64,000 bases of DNA, from positions 3,705-67,704 of the forward strand of contig JBGPJO010000003.1 of assembly GCA_041485465.1 (NCBI GenBank). The letters run 5' to 3'. Source of the stretch: Minisyncoccia bacterium. Lineage in GTDB: Bacteria > Patescibacteriota > Minisyncoccia > Phycocordibacterales > JAKFXT01. Below the pieces are notes generated by a model. That model saw only the letters and a program-made list of their open reading frames with translations. It did no database searches and was not told where the DNA came from. Both the position numbers and the translations under genes were made by a program. Of this stretch, positions 8,879 through 18,858 are shown in pieces (the stretch's first letter is position 1; the number at the start of each line of letters is the position of its first letter).

Positions 8879-9745
8879 ATGAAAGAAAAATTAACCGTAG
8901 GTTTTATAGGACAGGGATTCGTCGGGAAAAATTATGCCGACGATTTTGAACGACGCGGTTTTATTGTTCTGCGATATGCTCTTGAAGAGCCCTATCAACC
9001 AAATAAGGAAAAGATTGCCATGAGTGATGTCGTCTTTATTGCCGTACCCACCCCAACCACACCTCGAGGATTTGACCCGAGTATCATCAAAAAAGTCATT
9101 ACACTTGTGGGTCAAGGTAAGATTGCGGTAATTAAATCAACCATTCTTCCGGGGACCACTGAGGAAATTCAGCGAGAAAATCCGGATATCACCGTCTTAT
9201 ATTCTCCTGAATTTTTAAGCGAAGCGACAGCAGCGCACGATACCGCGAATCCTTCAATGAATATTATTGGTATTTCCAATCAATCAGAAATCCACCGTGA
9301 AGCGGCTGAAAAAGTTCTTGGCATTTTGCCCCAAGCGCCGTTTTCAACCGTTTGTTCTTCCAAGGAAGCGGAAATGATTAAGTATGCCCACAACACCATT
9401 GGGTATGTCAGCGTTGTTTTTGTGAACCTGCTTTATAATCTCGCCAATAACCTTGGAGCAGACTGGCAGGTTGTAAAAGGAGCGCTTAAAGCCGATCCGA
9501 TGATGCCTAAATATCATCTTGAACCGGTGCATAAAACAGGCCGCGGGGCTGGAGGCCATTGTCACATAAAAGATTTTGCGGCCCTCGTTGACCTTTATAA
9601 AAAGCTGATCAATGATCCGGTCGGCATAAAAATGCTTGAGGCTATTGAACAGAAAAATATCGCCCTTCTTCTTTCAACGAATAAAGATCGGGGTCTTCTT
9701 TCGGGGGTATATGGAAAGAAGGTGCTCGACAGGGGAAATAATTAA
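8879..9745 (+). CDS. nucleotide-sugar dehydrogenase family protein (UDP-glucose/GDP-mannose dehydrogenase-like), apparently lacking the C-terminal UDP-binding domain
   Basis: The N-terminal Rossmann 'GFIGQGFVG', 'FIAVPTP' and the catalytic-Cys-like motif 'GGHCHIKD' match the UGDH family. It is only 288 aa, whereas typical members are about 400-440 aa. Confidence 0.5.
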   Translation: MKEKLTVGFIGQGFVGKNYADDFERRGFIVLRYALEEPYQPNKEKIAMSDVVFIAVPTPTTPRGFDPSIIKKVITLVGQGKIAVIKSTILPGTTEEIQRENPDITVLYSPEFLSEATAAHDTANPSMNIIGISNQSEIHREAAEKVLGILPQAPFSTVCSSKEAEMIKYAHNTIGYVSVVFVNLLYNLANNLGADWQVVKGALKADPMMPKYHLEPVHKTGRGAGGHCHIKDFAALVDLYKKLINDPVGIKMLEAIEQKNIALLLSTNKDRGLLSGVYGKKVLDRGNN

Positions 9746-9763
9746 CCTCCACGGTTATAAAGA

Positions 9764-10465
9764 ATGAAGCTCTCAATTATCATTCCCGCATATAACGAAG
9801 AAAAGACGATCATCGCTCTTCTTGATAAAGTTTTTGCCGTTGATTTTGGAAATGTTGAGCGAGAAGTCATCGTGGTTGATGACGGCTCGAAAGATAAAAC
9901 TCTTGAATTTATTAAAAATTATTCCCGCCCAATGCGATTTTTTTCACATGAAAAAAATGAAGGCAAGGGCTCGGCTATACAGACTGGTATTAAGGAAGCG
10001 ACGGGGGACTATGTAGTCATTCAAGATGCCGATCTTGAATATAACCCCCAAGATTTGAAATTACTCCTTGATACTGCGCTTGTTCATAAGGCAAAAGCGG
10101 TTTTCGGTTCGCGGAGGCTCTCCGTCGCAGATCAGGTCAATCGCCATGGCAGATGGTATTACTATATGGGAGGGGTTTTACTTACTTTTCTTGCCAACCT
10201 TCTTTATGACACGCATATTACCGACGAGCCGACCTGCTACAAGCTTATTGATGGACGATTATTAAAGGCTCTCAATATAGAATCGCAAGGTTTCGAATTC
10301 TGCCCTGAGGTCACGGCAAAAATTGGACGTCTAAAAATTCCTATTTTTGAAGTTCCCATACATTACAATCCGCGCAGCACCTCTGAAGGTAAAAAAATAC
10401 GCGCAAAAGATGGCCTGATTGCTATCTGGACCCTTCTTAAATATCGTTTTTCTCGAATACCATGA
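9764..10465 (+). CDS. GT2 polyprenyl-phosphate sugar synthase (DPM1/ArnC-like)
   Basis: Motifs 'LSIIIPAYNEE', 'VVDDGSKD' and 'QDADLEYNP' (DxD). Confidence 0.8.
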   Translation: MKLSIIIPAYNEEKTIIALLDKVFAVDFGNVEREVIVVDDGSKDKTLEFIKNYSRPMRFFSHEKNEGKGSAIQTGIKEATGDYVVIQDADLEYNPQDLKLLLDTALVHKAKAVFGSRRLSVADQVNRHGRWYYYMGGVLLTFLANLLYDTHITDEPTCYKLIDGRLLKALNIESQGFEFCPEVTAKIGRLKIPIFEVPIHYNPRSTSEGKKIRAKDGLIAIWTLLKYRFSRIP

Positions 10466-11577
10466 GCATCAAGAAACTATTTTTACTCATTCTCCTCCTT
10501 GCCGACATTCTTGTTCTCGGACTCATTTTCTCTGTATCCGGCTTTTACAATGACCTGGTCGACGCAAAGGATTATATACCGCAGATAGAGGAGTACGCTC
10601 ATCCGGGGAGCCTTGTGGTTGATACGTCAATAGCTCACCGCGAATTTAAACCGCTTTATGGAATACTTGGCGGTCCACTTGCGCGATATACAGACGCGCG
10701 GACGGCTCTTCTCATACTTAACATCTTTTTCTTTATTGGACTCTCTTTTGCCGCATTCTTTTTCCTTGATGTGCTTGGCTTCTCGTCAATTGAGGCGCTT
10801 GTCGGCGCGCTGTGGATTATCTCCGACTATCCACTTCTCAAATACGGCCTTACCCTGAGCACCGATATTTCGGGTTGGTTTTTTGCCGCTCTTATTGCCG
10901 CCATTGGTCTCTTTGGAGTGAGAGCAAAAAAATGGTGGCCGCTCTTGCTTGCGTCGACTTTTGGCTTTATTGGATTTCTTGCAAAAGAAACGGCCGTGCT
11001 CGGACTTGGGGCTGTCGGATTCATGATTCTCTTTTCATTCACTAAAGGGGAGTGGCGCCAGTATCTGAAGAGCCTTATCGCTATAAGTCTGCCGTTCCTT
11101 CTTCTTGAGGGTGGCTATGTTGCCTTTCTTATCCATTCAGGGATCCCGACATTTCTTGATTGGTATCAGGGGAATGCCGCGGGGATATCTTCACATCAGA
11201 CCGTTTCCTATTTTTTGGGCATTGAAGGCGCTTCATTCCATGTTCTCCTTATCCTAGCGCTAATCGGCTTCTACTTTTCTCTCCAGAATGGCGATATCTG
11301 GAAAAAAGACTGGCTCATAAAATTTTCATCGCTCTTTCTCGCGTCCTTGCCCGTGCTCGTGTGGCCTATTTACATTACCCGCATTATCTATGTCCAATTT
11401 ATTTTCGTGGTGCCGCTTGCGCTCTACGGCGCGGAGAAAGTGCTCGAAAAAATAGATAAAGAATCGCTCCGGCGGGCGGTGGCGCTTACATTCGCTATCA
11501 TACCGATTGCCGCGAGCATCATTCTTTTTGTTTTTGCAAATGGGCGGTCGCTTTTTGACGTTCTGCATCTTCTATGA
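10462..11577 (+). CDS. polytopic membrane protein, GT-C/ArnT-PMT-like candidate
   Basis: 371 aa with about 10 predicted TM helices. It lies directly downstream of, and is translationally coupled to, a DPM1-like GT2. Confidence 0.45.
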   Translation: MSIKKLFLLILLLADILVLGLIFSVSGFYNDLVDAKDYIPQIEEYAHPGSLVVDTSIAHREFKPLYGILGGPLARYTDARTALLILNIFFFIGLSFAAFFFLDVLGFSSIEALVGALWIISDYPLLKYGLTLSTDISGWFFAALIAAIGLFGVRAKKWWPLLLASTFGFIGFLAKETAVLGLGAVGFMILFSFTKGEWRQYLKSLIAISLPFLLLEGGYVAFLIHSGIPTFLDWYQGNAAGISSHQTVSYFLGIEGASFHVLLILALIGFYFSLQNGDIWKKDWLIKFSSLFLASLPVLVWPIYITRIIYVQFIFVVPLALYGAEKVLEKIDKESLRRAVALTFAIIPIAASIILFVFANGRSLFDVLHLL

Positions 11578-12614
11578 AGCTTCTTATTATTACCCAGGCT
11601 GTTGATACAAATGACACCACACTCGGTTTTTTCCATTCATGGATAGAACGATTTGCGCGAGAATGCGAGTCGGTGATAGTTATCTGTCTCAAGGAGGGAC
11701 GCCACCAGTTACCTCCCAATGTAAAAGTTCTCTCTCTCGGTAAAGAGCGATCGGAGGGCCGCCTCGGGTATGTTCTTAATTTTTATAAATATATTTTTTC
11801 CGAGCATGGTGGCTACGACGCAGTATTTATCCATATGAATCAGGAGTACGCCCTTTTGGGTGGCTTGTGGTGGAGGCTATGCAATATCCCGACTGCGCTC
11901 TGGTACAACCACACCTACGGCTCAATTATCTCAGACATTGCTGCGATTTTTGTACGGAAGGTTTTCTACACATCTCCCTTCGCCTATATGGCCAAGAAGG
12001 GGAAGGCAATTGCTATGCCCGCAGGTATTGATACCGATTTCTTTAAGCCACACACTGATTCTTCAGCGGCTGTGCCGCGCGGCGTTCTTTTTCTTGGGCG
12101 CATTTCTCCGGTCAAAAAAGTTGAATTATTCGTAGATACGCTTCTTGAACTCGAGAGAAAAGAGATTACTTTTGAGGCTACTATTTGTGGAGACCCTATA
12201 TCTGGAGATGAGGCATACGCAGGGAAAATTAAAACGCGGGCAGCCCCGCTTATCGAGGCCGGGATGTTAAAAATTATTTCTGGTGTGCCGCACACGGAGA
12301 CAAAAAAAATATATGCACATCACGAATTTTACGTAAACCTCACCCAAACTGGCAGTTTAGACAAAACCGTACTTGAAGCCATGGCCTGTGAATTACTGGT
12401 GCTTGCTTCTAACAAGTCATTTCAAAATATTATTTCGAATGACAGTGTACTTAAAGAGGAGGCAACTCCTGCAGATATCGCTCAGGCGTTTGTATCAGTT
12501 ATGAATCTTTCTGCTGATGAAAAAATAAAGCGAGGGGAAGAAAACAGACTGTACGTTTTGGAGAATCACAGTATCTCGGCTCTCGTCACTCAGGTTATTC
12601 AAGCATTATCGTAA
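11574..12614 (+). CDS. glycosyltransferase family 4-like
   Basis: GT-B C-terminal motif 'KTVLEAMACELLVLAS'. Confidence 0.6.
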   Translation: MKLLIITQAVDTNDTTLGFFHSWIERFARECESVIVICLKEGRHQLPPNVKVLSLGKERSEGRLGYVLNFYKYIFSEHGGYDAVFIHMNQEYALLGGLWWRLCNIPTALWYNHTYGSIISDIAAIFVRKVFYTSPFAYMAKKGKAIAMPAGIDTDFFKPHTDSSAAVPRGVLFLGRISPVKKVELFVDTLLELERKEITFEATICGDPISGDEAYAGKIKTRAAPLIEAGMLKIISGVPHTETKKIYAHHEFYVNLTQTGSLDKTVLEAMACELLVLASNKSFQNIISNDSVLKEEATPADIAQAFVSVMNLSADEKIKRGEENRLYVLENHSISALVTQVIQALS

Positions 12615-13423
12615 TTTACTCGCTGCTTTCGCGTAGCGTACATGAAGCGATACGGGGCTTGAGCATGAGTGACCAAAAATCCTTGTTGAGAAAGAAAACG
12701 CTCAAGTTCTTGGGGGGAGTGTTTTTCAACGCGGTGCCATTGAATCACCATCAAATCTATGCGATTGAACAATTCTTTTGGCAGATTATACAGAATTTCA
12801 TATTCAGCTCCTTCACAGTTCATTTTCAAAAGGTGGCAGGTGGTGATGTTATATTCTTTGAATATGTCTCTAAGCGTCACGCATGGCACAGAGACTCCTT
12901 CGTTTAGGTTGCGGTTTTCTCTACGAAACAGTGAACTCGATACACCCCCCACCTCGTCTATAAAAAGAGTTCTGTTTTTATCAGATATAGCCACTGCTTT
13001 TTCTATAGGTAGTACCCGTGATTCAAGGTGATTGCCTTCCACGCTTTTTTGTAAATATTTAAACACTTCAGGATTTGGTTCAAATGCGTATACGGTGGAA
13101 GTGGAGCTTTTGAGAGCGGCATATATCGCAAAAGTACCTATATGGGCGCCTATATCTATTATTATTGGATGTTCGACCGTCGCTAGCTCATGCAAGTCTC
13201 CATATACGCCGTCGAGCCATACAGCGGTCAGATCGTCTATGCCCCAACCGCCCCTTGCGGTAAAGAATATTGGGCCAGCGCGTAATTTAAGAGGTGTCTC
13301 CTTTGAATAAATGGGAATGCGGAATTTTTGCATGAAAAGTAGAGGCCAATTTTTTAACAGACGCCAGGTACGCGTGAACCACTGTATATGCATAACAGGA
13401 ACATATAAAATTTTTTTACTCAT
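12599..13423 (-). CDS. FkbM-family SAM-dependent methyltransferase
   Basis: Motifs 'IIIDIGAHIGTFAIYAA' and 'AFEPNPEVFKYL' are characteristic of FkbM. Confidence 0.7.
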   Translation of the reverse strand: MSKKILYVPVMHIQWFTRTWRLLKNWPLLFMQKFRIPIYSKETPLKLRAGPIFFTARGGWGIDDLTAVWLDGVYGDLHELATVEHPIIIDIGAHIGTFAIYAALKSSTSTVYAFEPNPEVFKYLQKSVEGNHLESRVLPIEKAVAISDKNRTLFIDEVGGVSSSLFRRENRNLNEGVSVPCVTLRDIFKEYNITTCHLLKMNCEGAEYEILYNLPKELFNRIDLMVIQWHRVEKHSPQELERFLSQQGFLVTHAQAPYRFMYATRKQRVNYDNA

Positions 13424-13424
13424 T

Positions 13425-14195
13425 TTATTGCGATCTTTTACGAACAGCCTCCAGTATTACTCCTGTTCCAAGAAAACGAAGCGGTGTTAATCGTAGCGGT
13501 TCAAGTAATGTGGCAGTTATTATGGAAAGTTTTGGAAACCAATAATCAAAAGGGCGAGGAAGAATGCGAAAATTATACGCGGTCGGGTTCTTTATGGTGA
13601 ATCCTTCTTTCTCAAGAGTCTTCATGTACGCATGAGGCCGATATTCACGATGGAAGATATTTTCTCCCAGCTTTTGCCGGAAACGGCGGATAAATGATCC
13701 GAGCAAAGCAATGATCAAACGGTCCCACATCCGCATCGGGCTCCACCAATTGGGGAGCGAGACTAAAAGGCGTCCGCCCGGCTTTAAAACCCGTTGCATC
13801 TCTCTAATGGCGGCACTATCGTCAGTCACATATTCTACGAGTCCCATAGCGACGATGACATCATAGGCATTATTTGGCGCAGAGATATTTTCAACGGCGC
13901 CGACTGAAAAGGATGCGGCCGGGAATTTCTTTTTAGCTTCTCCGATCATTACCTCTGAAATGTCGATGCCGTCATAGGTGAAGCCCCGATCGGTGATTTC
14001 TTTTGTCATTACCGCCGGACCGCATCCGATATCAAGCACTCTTCCGGGGCCGTATCCCAAAAGCTCAAGCACCCTATCTTTACGCACGCGAAAGGAATAT
14101 CCTTCGGCAGTTTCTTTCGAATAACTGTCCGCATATTCTTTGGGATTAAGACTAAAATAGTTTCTTGCTGTTTTCTCTAGATCTTTTTCACTCAT
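13425..14195 (-). CDS. class I SAM-dependent methyltransferase
   Basis: Motif I 'VLDIGCGPAV'. Confidence 0.75.
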   Translation of the reverse strand: MSEKDLEKTARNYFSLNPKEYADSYSKETAEGYSFRVRKDRVLELLGYGPGRVLDIGCGPAVMTKEITDRGFTYDGIDISEVMIGEAKKKFPAASFSVGAVENISAPNNAYDVIVAMGLVEYVTDDSAAIREMQRVLKPGGRLLVSLPNWWSPMRMWDRLIIALLGSFIRRFRQKLGENIFHREYRPHAYMKTLEKEGFTIKNPTAYNFRILPRPFDYWFPKLSIITATLLEPLRLTPLRFLGTGVILEAVRKRSQ

Positions 14196-15229
14196 GATCG
14201 CCGTAGTATCTTACGGATAGTGGGCAGAGAATTTGAGACAAGTGCCTTAAAACGTTTTTCGCCTTCGGTATCATCAAGCGTGATCCGTGGTAATTCGAGC
14301 GGATCACAGGTTTTTATAGAAATTCTCTGCCCTTCGGTTGTCCACGCGTACCGTATTCCTAACCCACGAAGAACCTCTTTTGTTTCAGAGGTGAAGTCTC
14401 CTCGCTGGCCGTTTGGGTAGGCAAAATGGTCGACGTTGTCGAGAGTACTTTTCAGTCTATCAACAGACGATGAAATTTCACGGGCCTGTTCATTTCTGCT
14501 GAGCATACTTAAGATGGAGTGGTTTTCGGTATGCGCGCCGATAGTGATTCCGTTTTCGCTCATTTCCCGGATTTCTTCCCAGGAAAGCGGGGCATAATCG
14601 GGGCGATTAAAAATTTCAGGAATTGTAACATCGGATAATTTCATTAAAACGTCAATTATTATTTTTCGGTCGCTACCCTTAATCCGCTTAAGCTTTTGAC
14701 GTATTTCCATATCGGCGGCAATTTTTTCAGCGCGGCTTTTAATCGGGTATCGTTTTTCTCCCGATGGAAAAGGCACAGTGAGATATGGCCCACCGGCTCG
14801 ACCGATCGATTCTTCGAGCATATCGGTCCAGAGGGGAAATTTTCTGTCAATAAATCCGGTGGTTACAAAAATCGTTGCCGGAACACCGAGTTTTTTGAGC
14901 ATCGGATATGCGTTTATAAAATTATTTTTATAACCGTCATCAAACGTTATGGCGCAGAGAGGCTCGAGGGGCTCTTCACGCTTCTCTACGAGCAGTTCAA
15001 TCGCTTGAAGCGGCACGATTTTAAAATGCTTTGAAAGCCATGAGATCTGTCTTTCAAACGTGTCTTTTCCGATGTGTTTACGGCGGTAGTTTTCGATCCC
15101 CCGTGGTTCTTTATTTGAAGTCACACCATGGTAGAGCACGACGAGCGGCCGCTTTTTTGAGAAAAAAGCGGCCGCCCTCGTCACATATTTACCGCCACTT
15201 AATCCGATAATCAGTCGTTTATATGGCAT
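14192..15229 (-). CDS. polysaccharide deacetylase (NodB homology domain)
   Basis: Motif 'AITFDDGYKNN' (TFDDG) and the downstream 'HTENH' His motif. Confidence 0.7.
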   Translation of the reverse strand: MPYKRLIIGLSGGKYVTRAAAFFSKKRPLVVLYHGVTSNKEPRGIENYRRKHIGKDTFERQISWLSKHFKIVPLQAIELLVEKREEPLEPLCAITFDDGYKNNFINAYPMLKKLGVPATIFVTTGFIDRKFPLWTDMLEESIGRAGGPYLTVPFPSGEKRYPIKSRAEKIAADMEIRQKLKRIKGSDRKIIIDVLMKLSDVTIPEIFNRPDYAPLSWEEIREMSENGITIGAHTENHSILSMLSRNEQAREISSSVDRLKSTLDNVDHFAYPNGQRGDFTSETKEVLRGLGIRYAWTTEGQRISIKTCDPLELPRITLDDTEGEKRFKALVSNSLPTIRKILRRS

Positions 15230-15261
15230 ATTCGCTAGTTTGATTATGGTAGCATACCCTT

Positions 15262-16407
15262 ATGCAAAAACGTCTTTTTCTCATATTTCACGGGCGTTTT
15301 CCGAGTGAAAAGGCCGCTGCGCTTTTTGCCGCTAAAAGCGCGGAATCTTTTGCTTTGACAGGACTCTCGGTTACTCTTTTGGTACCGCGTCGCAGACGAG
15401 TTTCAAAGCAGGATCCTTTTTCTTTTTTCTCTTCAAAGAAAAATTTTAATGTTGTTTATCTACCCACAATTGATTTTGTCGGGGTGCCTGTCATTACAGA
15501 GGTTTTTTTTCCGATAAGTTACTTCTTCTTTTCACTGAGTTTGCTCGTCTATCTTTTGGTGCATGCAAAAAGGGACGATATACTCTATTCGAATGAATCT
15601 TTTCCACTTTTGCTCTCCGCATTCTTTTTCAAGAAAATTATATATGAGATGCATGATTTTCCTGAAGGACACTTTTCCTATTACAGATTCTTCTTAAAAC
15701 TAGTTTCAAAAATTATCACAACAAACAATTGGAAGAAAGAAAAGCTTATCTCACAATTCTCTGTACCTAGAGATAAAATATTTGTTGAGCTAAATGCAGT
15801 TGATATGAAGGAGTTTGATATCGCCGTCTCAAAAGAAGACGCTCGCAAAAGGCTTAACCTTCCGCAAGATGCATTTATTATCTTATACACGGGGCATCTC
15901 TATTCTTGGAAAGGGGTTGATACTCTTGCACATAGCACGGAGTATCTACCTGCTGATTTTTTAATTGTATTTGTTGGCGGTACGGAAACTGACGTTGCCG
16001 CGTTTAAAAAAAAGTATGCTGCGAACCCAAAAATTTTTATTGTTGGTTTTCGGCCCCACAAAGAAATTCCTATTTGGCAAAAAGCGGCAGACGTACTAGT
16101 ACTTCCTAACACGGAGAAACAAAATATATCAAAATATTACACTTCGCCTATGAAACTTTTTGAATACATGGCAAGCGGTCGGCCAATAGTAGCCTCGCGA
16201 TTGCCATCAGTACTTGAGATCGTAGATGATACGAAAACCATCCTGGTTTCACCAGATGACGAAAAAGCTCTTGCGGAGAGTATTAAGAAGGTAGCTGAAG
16301 ACCCGGCGCTTGCCGAGGCTTGCGTTCAGGCTTCGTTTGAGGCTGTAAAAAGACACACATGGGAAGCACGGGCGGGACGCATCCTTTCCTTTATTGTGAT
16401 GCGGTAG
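15262..16407 (+). CDS. glycosyltransferase family 4
   Basis: GT-B C-terminal domain 'KLFEYMASGRPIVAS'. Confidence 0.7.
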   Translation: MQKRLFLIFHGRFPSEKAAALFAAKSAESFALTGLSVTLLVPRRRRVSKQDPFSFFSSKKNFNVVYLPTIDFVGVPVITEVFFPISYFFFSLSLLVYLLVHAKRDDILYSNESFPLLLSAFFFKKIIYEMHDFPEGHFSYYRFFLKLVSKIITTNNWKKEKLISQFSVPRDKIFVELNAVDMKEFDIAVSKEDARKRLNLPQDAFIILYTGHLYSWKGVDTLAHSTEYLPADFLIVFVGGTETDVAAFKKKYAANPKIFIVGFRPHKEIPIWQKAADVLVLPNTEKQNISKYYTSPMKLFEYMASGRPIVASRLPSVLEIVDDTKTILVSPDDEKALAESIKKVAEDPALAEACVQASFEAVKRHTWEARAGRILSFIVMR

Positions 16408-16431
16408 ACATTTGTTCGGCCATCGGCCATT

Positions 16432-17205
16432 TTGATGTACTATATGACGGTGCAAAAAACTGATGCTATAAGAATACCGCGAAGCGCTGTCAAATACATT
16501 CTTTTTCAACGCACTCCCTATCTTTTCATCCATCGAAACCGCGTGGCGCAAAGCATTATGCGCCTCTTGCCGAAGTGGGCCGCTTTTTTTATTGAGTCTC
16601 TTTTTACAACTCTCAATGGTACCGTGACGCTTGAGGCCGCGCTTTCAAGAGTTCCGGTTGAGAGGCTCTTTAATGAGGGGTTAAGAAAAGACCTGAAGAC
16701 CTTTGAGAAATACTTACCCCAAAACGTCAAGAAAATTCTTGATATTGGCTGCGGTGTTGGGGGAATTGATGTTGTCTTGAGCCGGTATTATGAATCCAGT
16801 CAGCCGGATATATATCTTTTGGACAAAACAGAGATACCTTTGCGCGTATACTACGGCATTCGGGATAGGGGCTGTTACTATAATTCTCTTGAGGTAACAA
16901 AGAACCTGCTTGTGATAAATGGAATTCCTGAAGAAAAAATATTTCTTCAGGAGGCCACTTTAAATAACAGCATTGATTTTAATGTCGAGTTCGATCTGAT
17001 CATTTCACTTCTTTCCTGGGGATATCATTATCCTGTGTCTACATATCTTGACCAGGTGTATGAAAAACTTGCGCCTGGCGGGACGCTTATACTTGATGTG
17101 CGGAAAGGACAGGGAGGTATTGAGCTCCTCAAATCTAAATTCGGAAATGTGGCAATTGTTCTAAAAGAAGAAAAAAGCGATCGGGTTATAGTAAAGAAGC
17201 GGTAA
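16432..17205 (+). CDS. methyltransferase-like protein
   Basis: The motif 'ILDIGCGVGGIDVVL' resembles SAM-binding motif I. Confidence 0.5.
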   Translation: MMYYMTVQKTDAIRIPRSAVKYILFQRTPYLFIHRNRVAQSIMRLLPKWAAFFIESLFTTLNGTVTLEAALSRVPVERLFNEGLRKDLKTFEKYLPQNVKKILDIGCGVGGIDVVLSRYYESSQPDIYLLDKTEIPLRVYYGIRDRGCYYNSLEVTKNLLVINGIPEEKIFLQEATLNNSIDFNVEFDLIISLLSWGYHYPVSTYLDQVYEKLAPGGTLILDVRKGQGGIELLKSKFGNVAIVLKEEKSDRVIVKKR

Positions 17206-17231
17206 AGTTATTGTAATCTAGCAGAGATTAT

Positions 17232-17984
17232 TTATTTTTTGGTGGCGAGGTACATAAAGCTCTCCCAGCTTCTATCGGGTGCCGTGTTTTCTTTAATATT
17301 GAGTACTTGTGCTCCGCTTTGAGTTAAGATTGAGACAACTTTCTCCTTTGAAATGCCATGCATTTCGAGAACTGGTTTGAAGAAATGTTTTATTCTGCGG
17401 TATAGATTGAGAAGAGAGGGAGGAAGAAATCTTTTAATTTTAGTTCGTAGCGATGGAGCTTGCGGATAAAATTTAAGTTGTCTGCTTGGAATCTGGAAGA
17501 GCAAAACACCTTCAGGCGTAAGGACGCGCACAAATTCTCGAATGTATTTTCCCGCATACTGCGGTTCCATGTGTTGAAGGACAATGTTTGAATAAATAAA
17601 ATCAAAATGGTTATCGGGGAAAAGTTTCAAGTCATCCTCTTTGTTAAGGAAGTATTTACATTTTGTTCTATAGCGATTGTGCTTCCGCGCGAGCTTGATC
17701 ATGGAGGCCGCGATATCAACACCGATTACTTCTTCAAAATGAGGCGCGAGCGCCTGTGTGAGACGTCCGACGGCACAACCAAAATCAAGCGCTCGGGCGT
17801 GTCGGAGCGGTAGATTTTTTGACGCAATATACCCGAGTGCATCACTAATTTCCTTTTCTCCGGTCTTGAAAAATTCGGCCTTATTCCACCTGCCGCCGCT
17901 TTTGTCTTTTTCACTTAAAATCGCATAGAAGGGGTCTGTTTTCCCAAAGCGATCCCAGTTTTTTCTAGTATCTCTAAGTTTCAT
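17232..17984 (-). CDS. class I SAM-dependent methyltransferase
   Basis: Motifs 'ALDFGCAVGRLTQAL' and 'DFIYSNIVLQHM'. Confidence 0.7.
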   Translation of the reverse strand: MKLRDTRKNWDRFGKTDPFYAILSEKDKSGGRWNKAEFFKTGEKEISDALGYIASKNLPLRHARALDFGCAVGRLTQALAPHFEEVIGVDIAASMIKLARKHNRYRTKCKYFLNKEDDLKLFPDNHFDFIYSNIVLQHMEPQYAGKYIREFVRVLTPEGVLLFQIPSRQLKFYPQAPSLRTKIKRFLPPSLLNLYRRIKHFFKPVLEMHGISKEKVVSILTQSGAQVLNIKENTAPDRSWESFMYLATKK

Positions 17985-18014
17985 AAAAACGGAGCTATTC
18001 TAACAGATCAAATT

Positions 18015-18839
18015 TTATTTGATTAATTTTCCGAAAAATATTTTTGTTGCGAGCCCCAGGGCAAGTATCTGGTACTTAAAACGCCATAGTTCATATGAAA
18101 TGGGAAATTTGTTCCCTCGCGATATAAGTCGCACACGCAGAAATCTGAAGACGTACAAGGTAAGAAGCGCTCCAGTGTGTAGGACTGCTTCAGCCCATTT
18201 ATAGGGAGTCATGAATGCCTCATATTGTCGACGGTCCCAGTCAAGCGCTCGCTTAAGGGTGCGTGTATCCCAGGCGGCGTAGGTATCGGCAAGAGGCACA
18301 TACATTACACCCTTAAGGAATCCGACATCGTAGCCATGGTTAATAAAAACTTTTTCGTGGGTAATCTTTGTATATCGCGGCACAGCCTTTCTGTTGAAGA
18401 AACGGATTTGACGATTAGGATAGGTAATGGTGTCATCGATAACGTTTCCTCGCCAGACATATTTGCGTGGCATTTTATAGATAAGGTGCGGCGGGTTAGG
18501 ATTATCAACAATCTTTGCAATTTCCTCGACGACTTCAGGGGAGAGGTATTCATCAGAGTCAACGCGCACATGCCAGTCGTATTTTCCCGCGAGAAGACAA
18601 GTGGTTCGGGCTTCGCCGAAGTTAGTAATACGCTGGTTTGGCTCGTCTGTTTCCTTTTGTTTTGTAACACGTGCCCCAAACGAGCGGGCAATATCTTGGG
18701 TCCCATCAATCGAATTCCCGTCGCAAATATAGACATCATCAAATCGCTTCAACGTCTCAAGGGTCTTTGGTAACTCTTTGGCGCTGTTTAGGGTTAATAT
18801 ACCTACCGAGACTTTTATTTTTTCTTTAGATGATGCCAT
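18015..18839 (-). CDS. glycosyltransferase family 2
   Basis: N-terminal motifs 'VSVGILTLNSAKELPKTL' and 'CDGNSIDGT' are GT2-A-like. Confidence 0.6.
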   Translation of the reverse strand: MASSKEKIKVSVGILTLNSAKELPKTLETLKRFDDVYICDGNSIDGTQDIARSFGARVTKQKETDEPNQRITNFGEARTTCLLAGKYDWHVRVDSDEYLSPEVVEEIAKIVDNPNPPHLIYKMPRKYVWRGNVIDDTITYPNRQIRFFNRKAVPRYTKITHEKVFINHGYDVGFLKGVMYVPLADTYAAWDTRTLKRALDWDRRQYEAFMTPYKWAEAVLHTGALLTLYVFRFLRVRLISRGNKFPISYELWRFKYQILALGLATKIFFGKLIK

Positions 18840-18858
18840 GGTTGAGTCATTATACTGA

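Noticed and set aside
12599-12614. 16-nt 3'-end overlap of the convergent GT (+) and FkbM methyltransferase (-) genes
   Set aside because: The overlap is real in the ORF track, but it is most likely just tight packing and is not by itself a regulatory feature.
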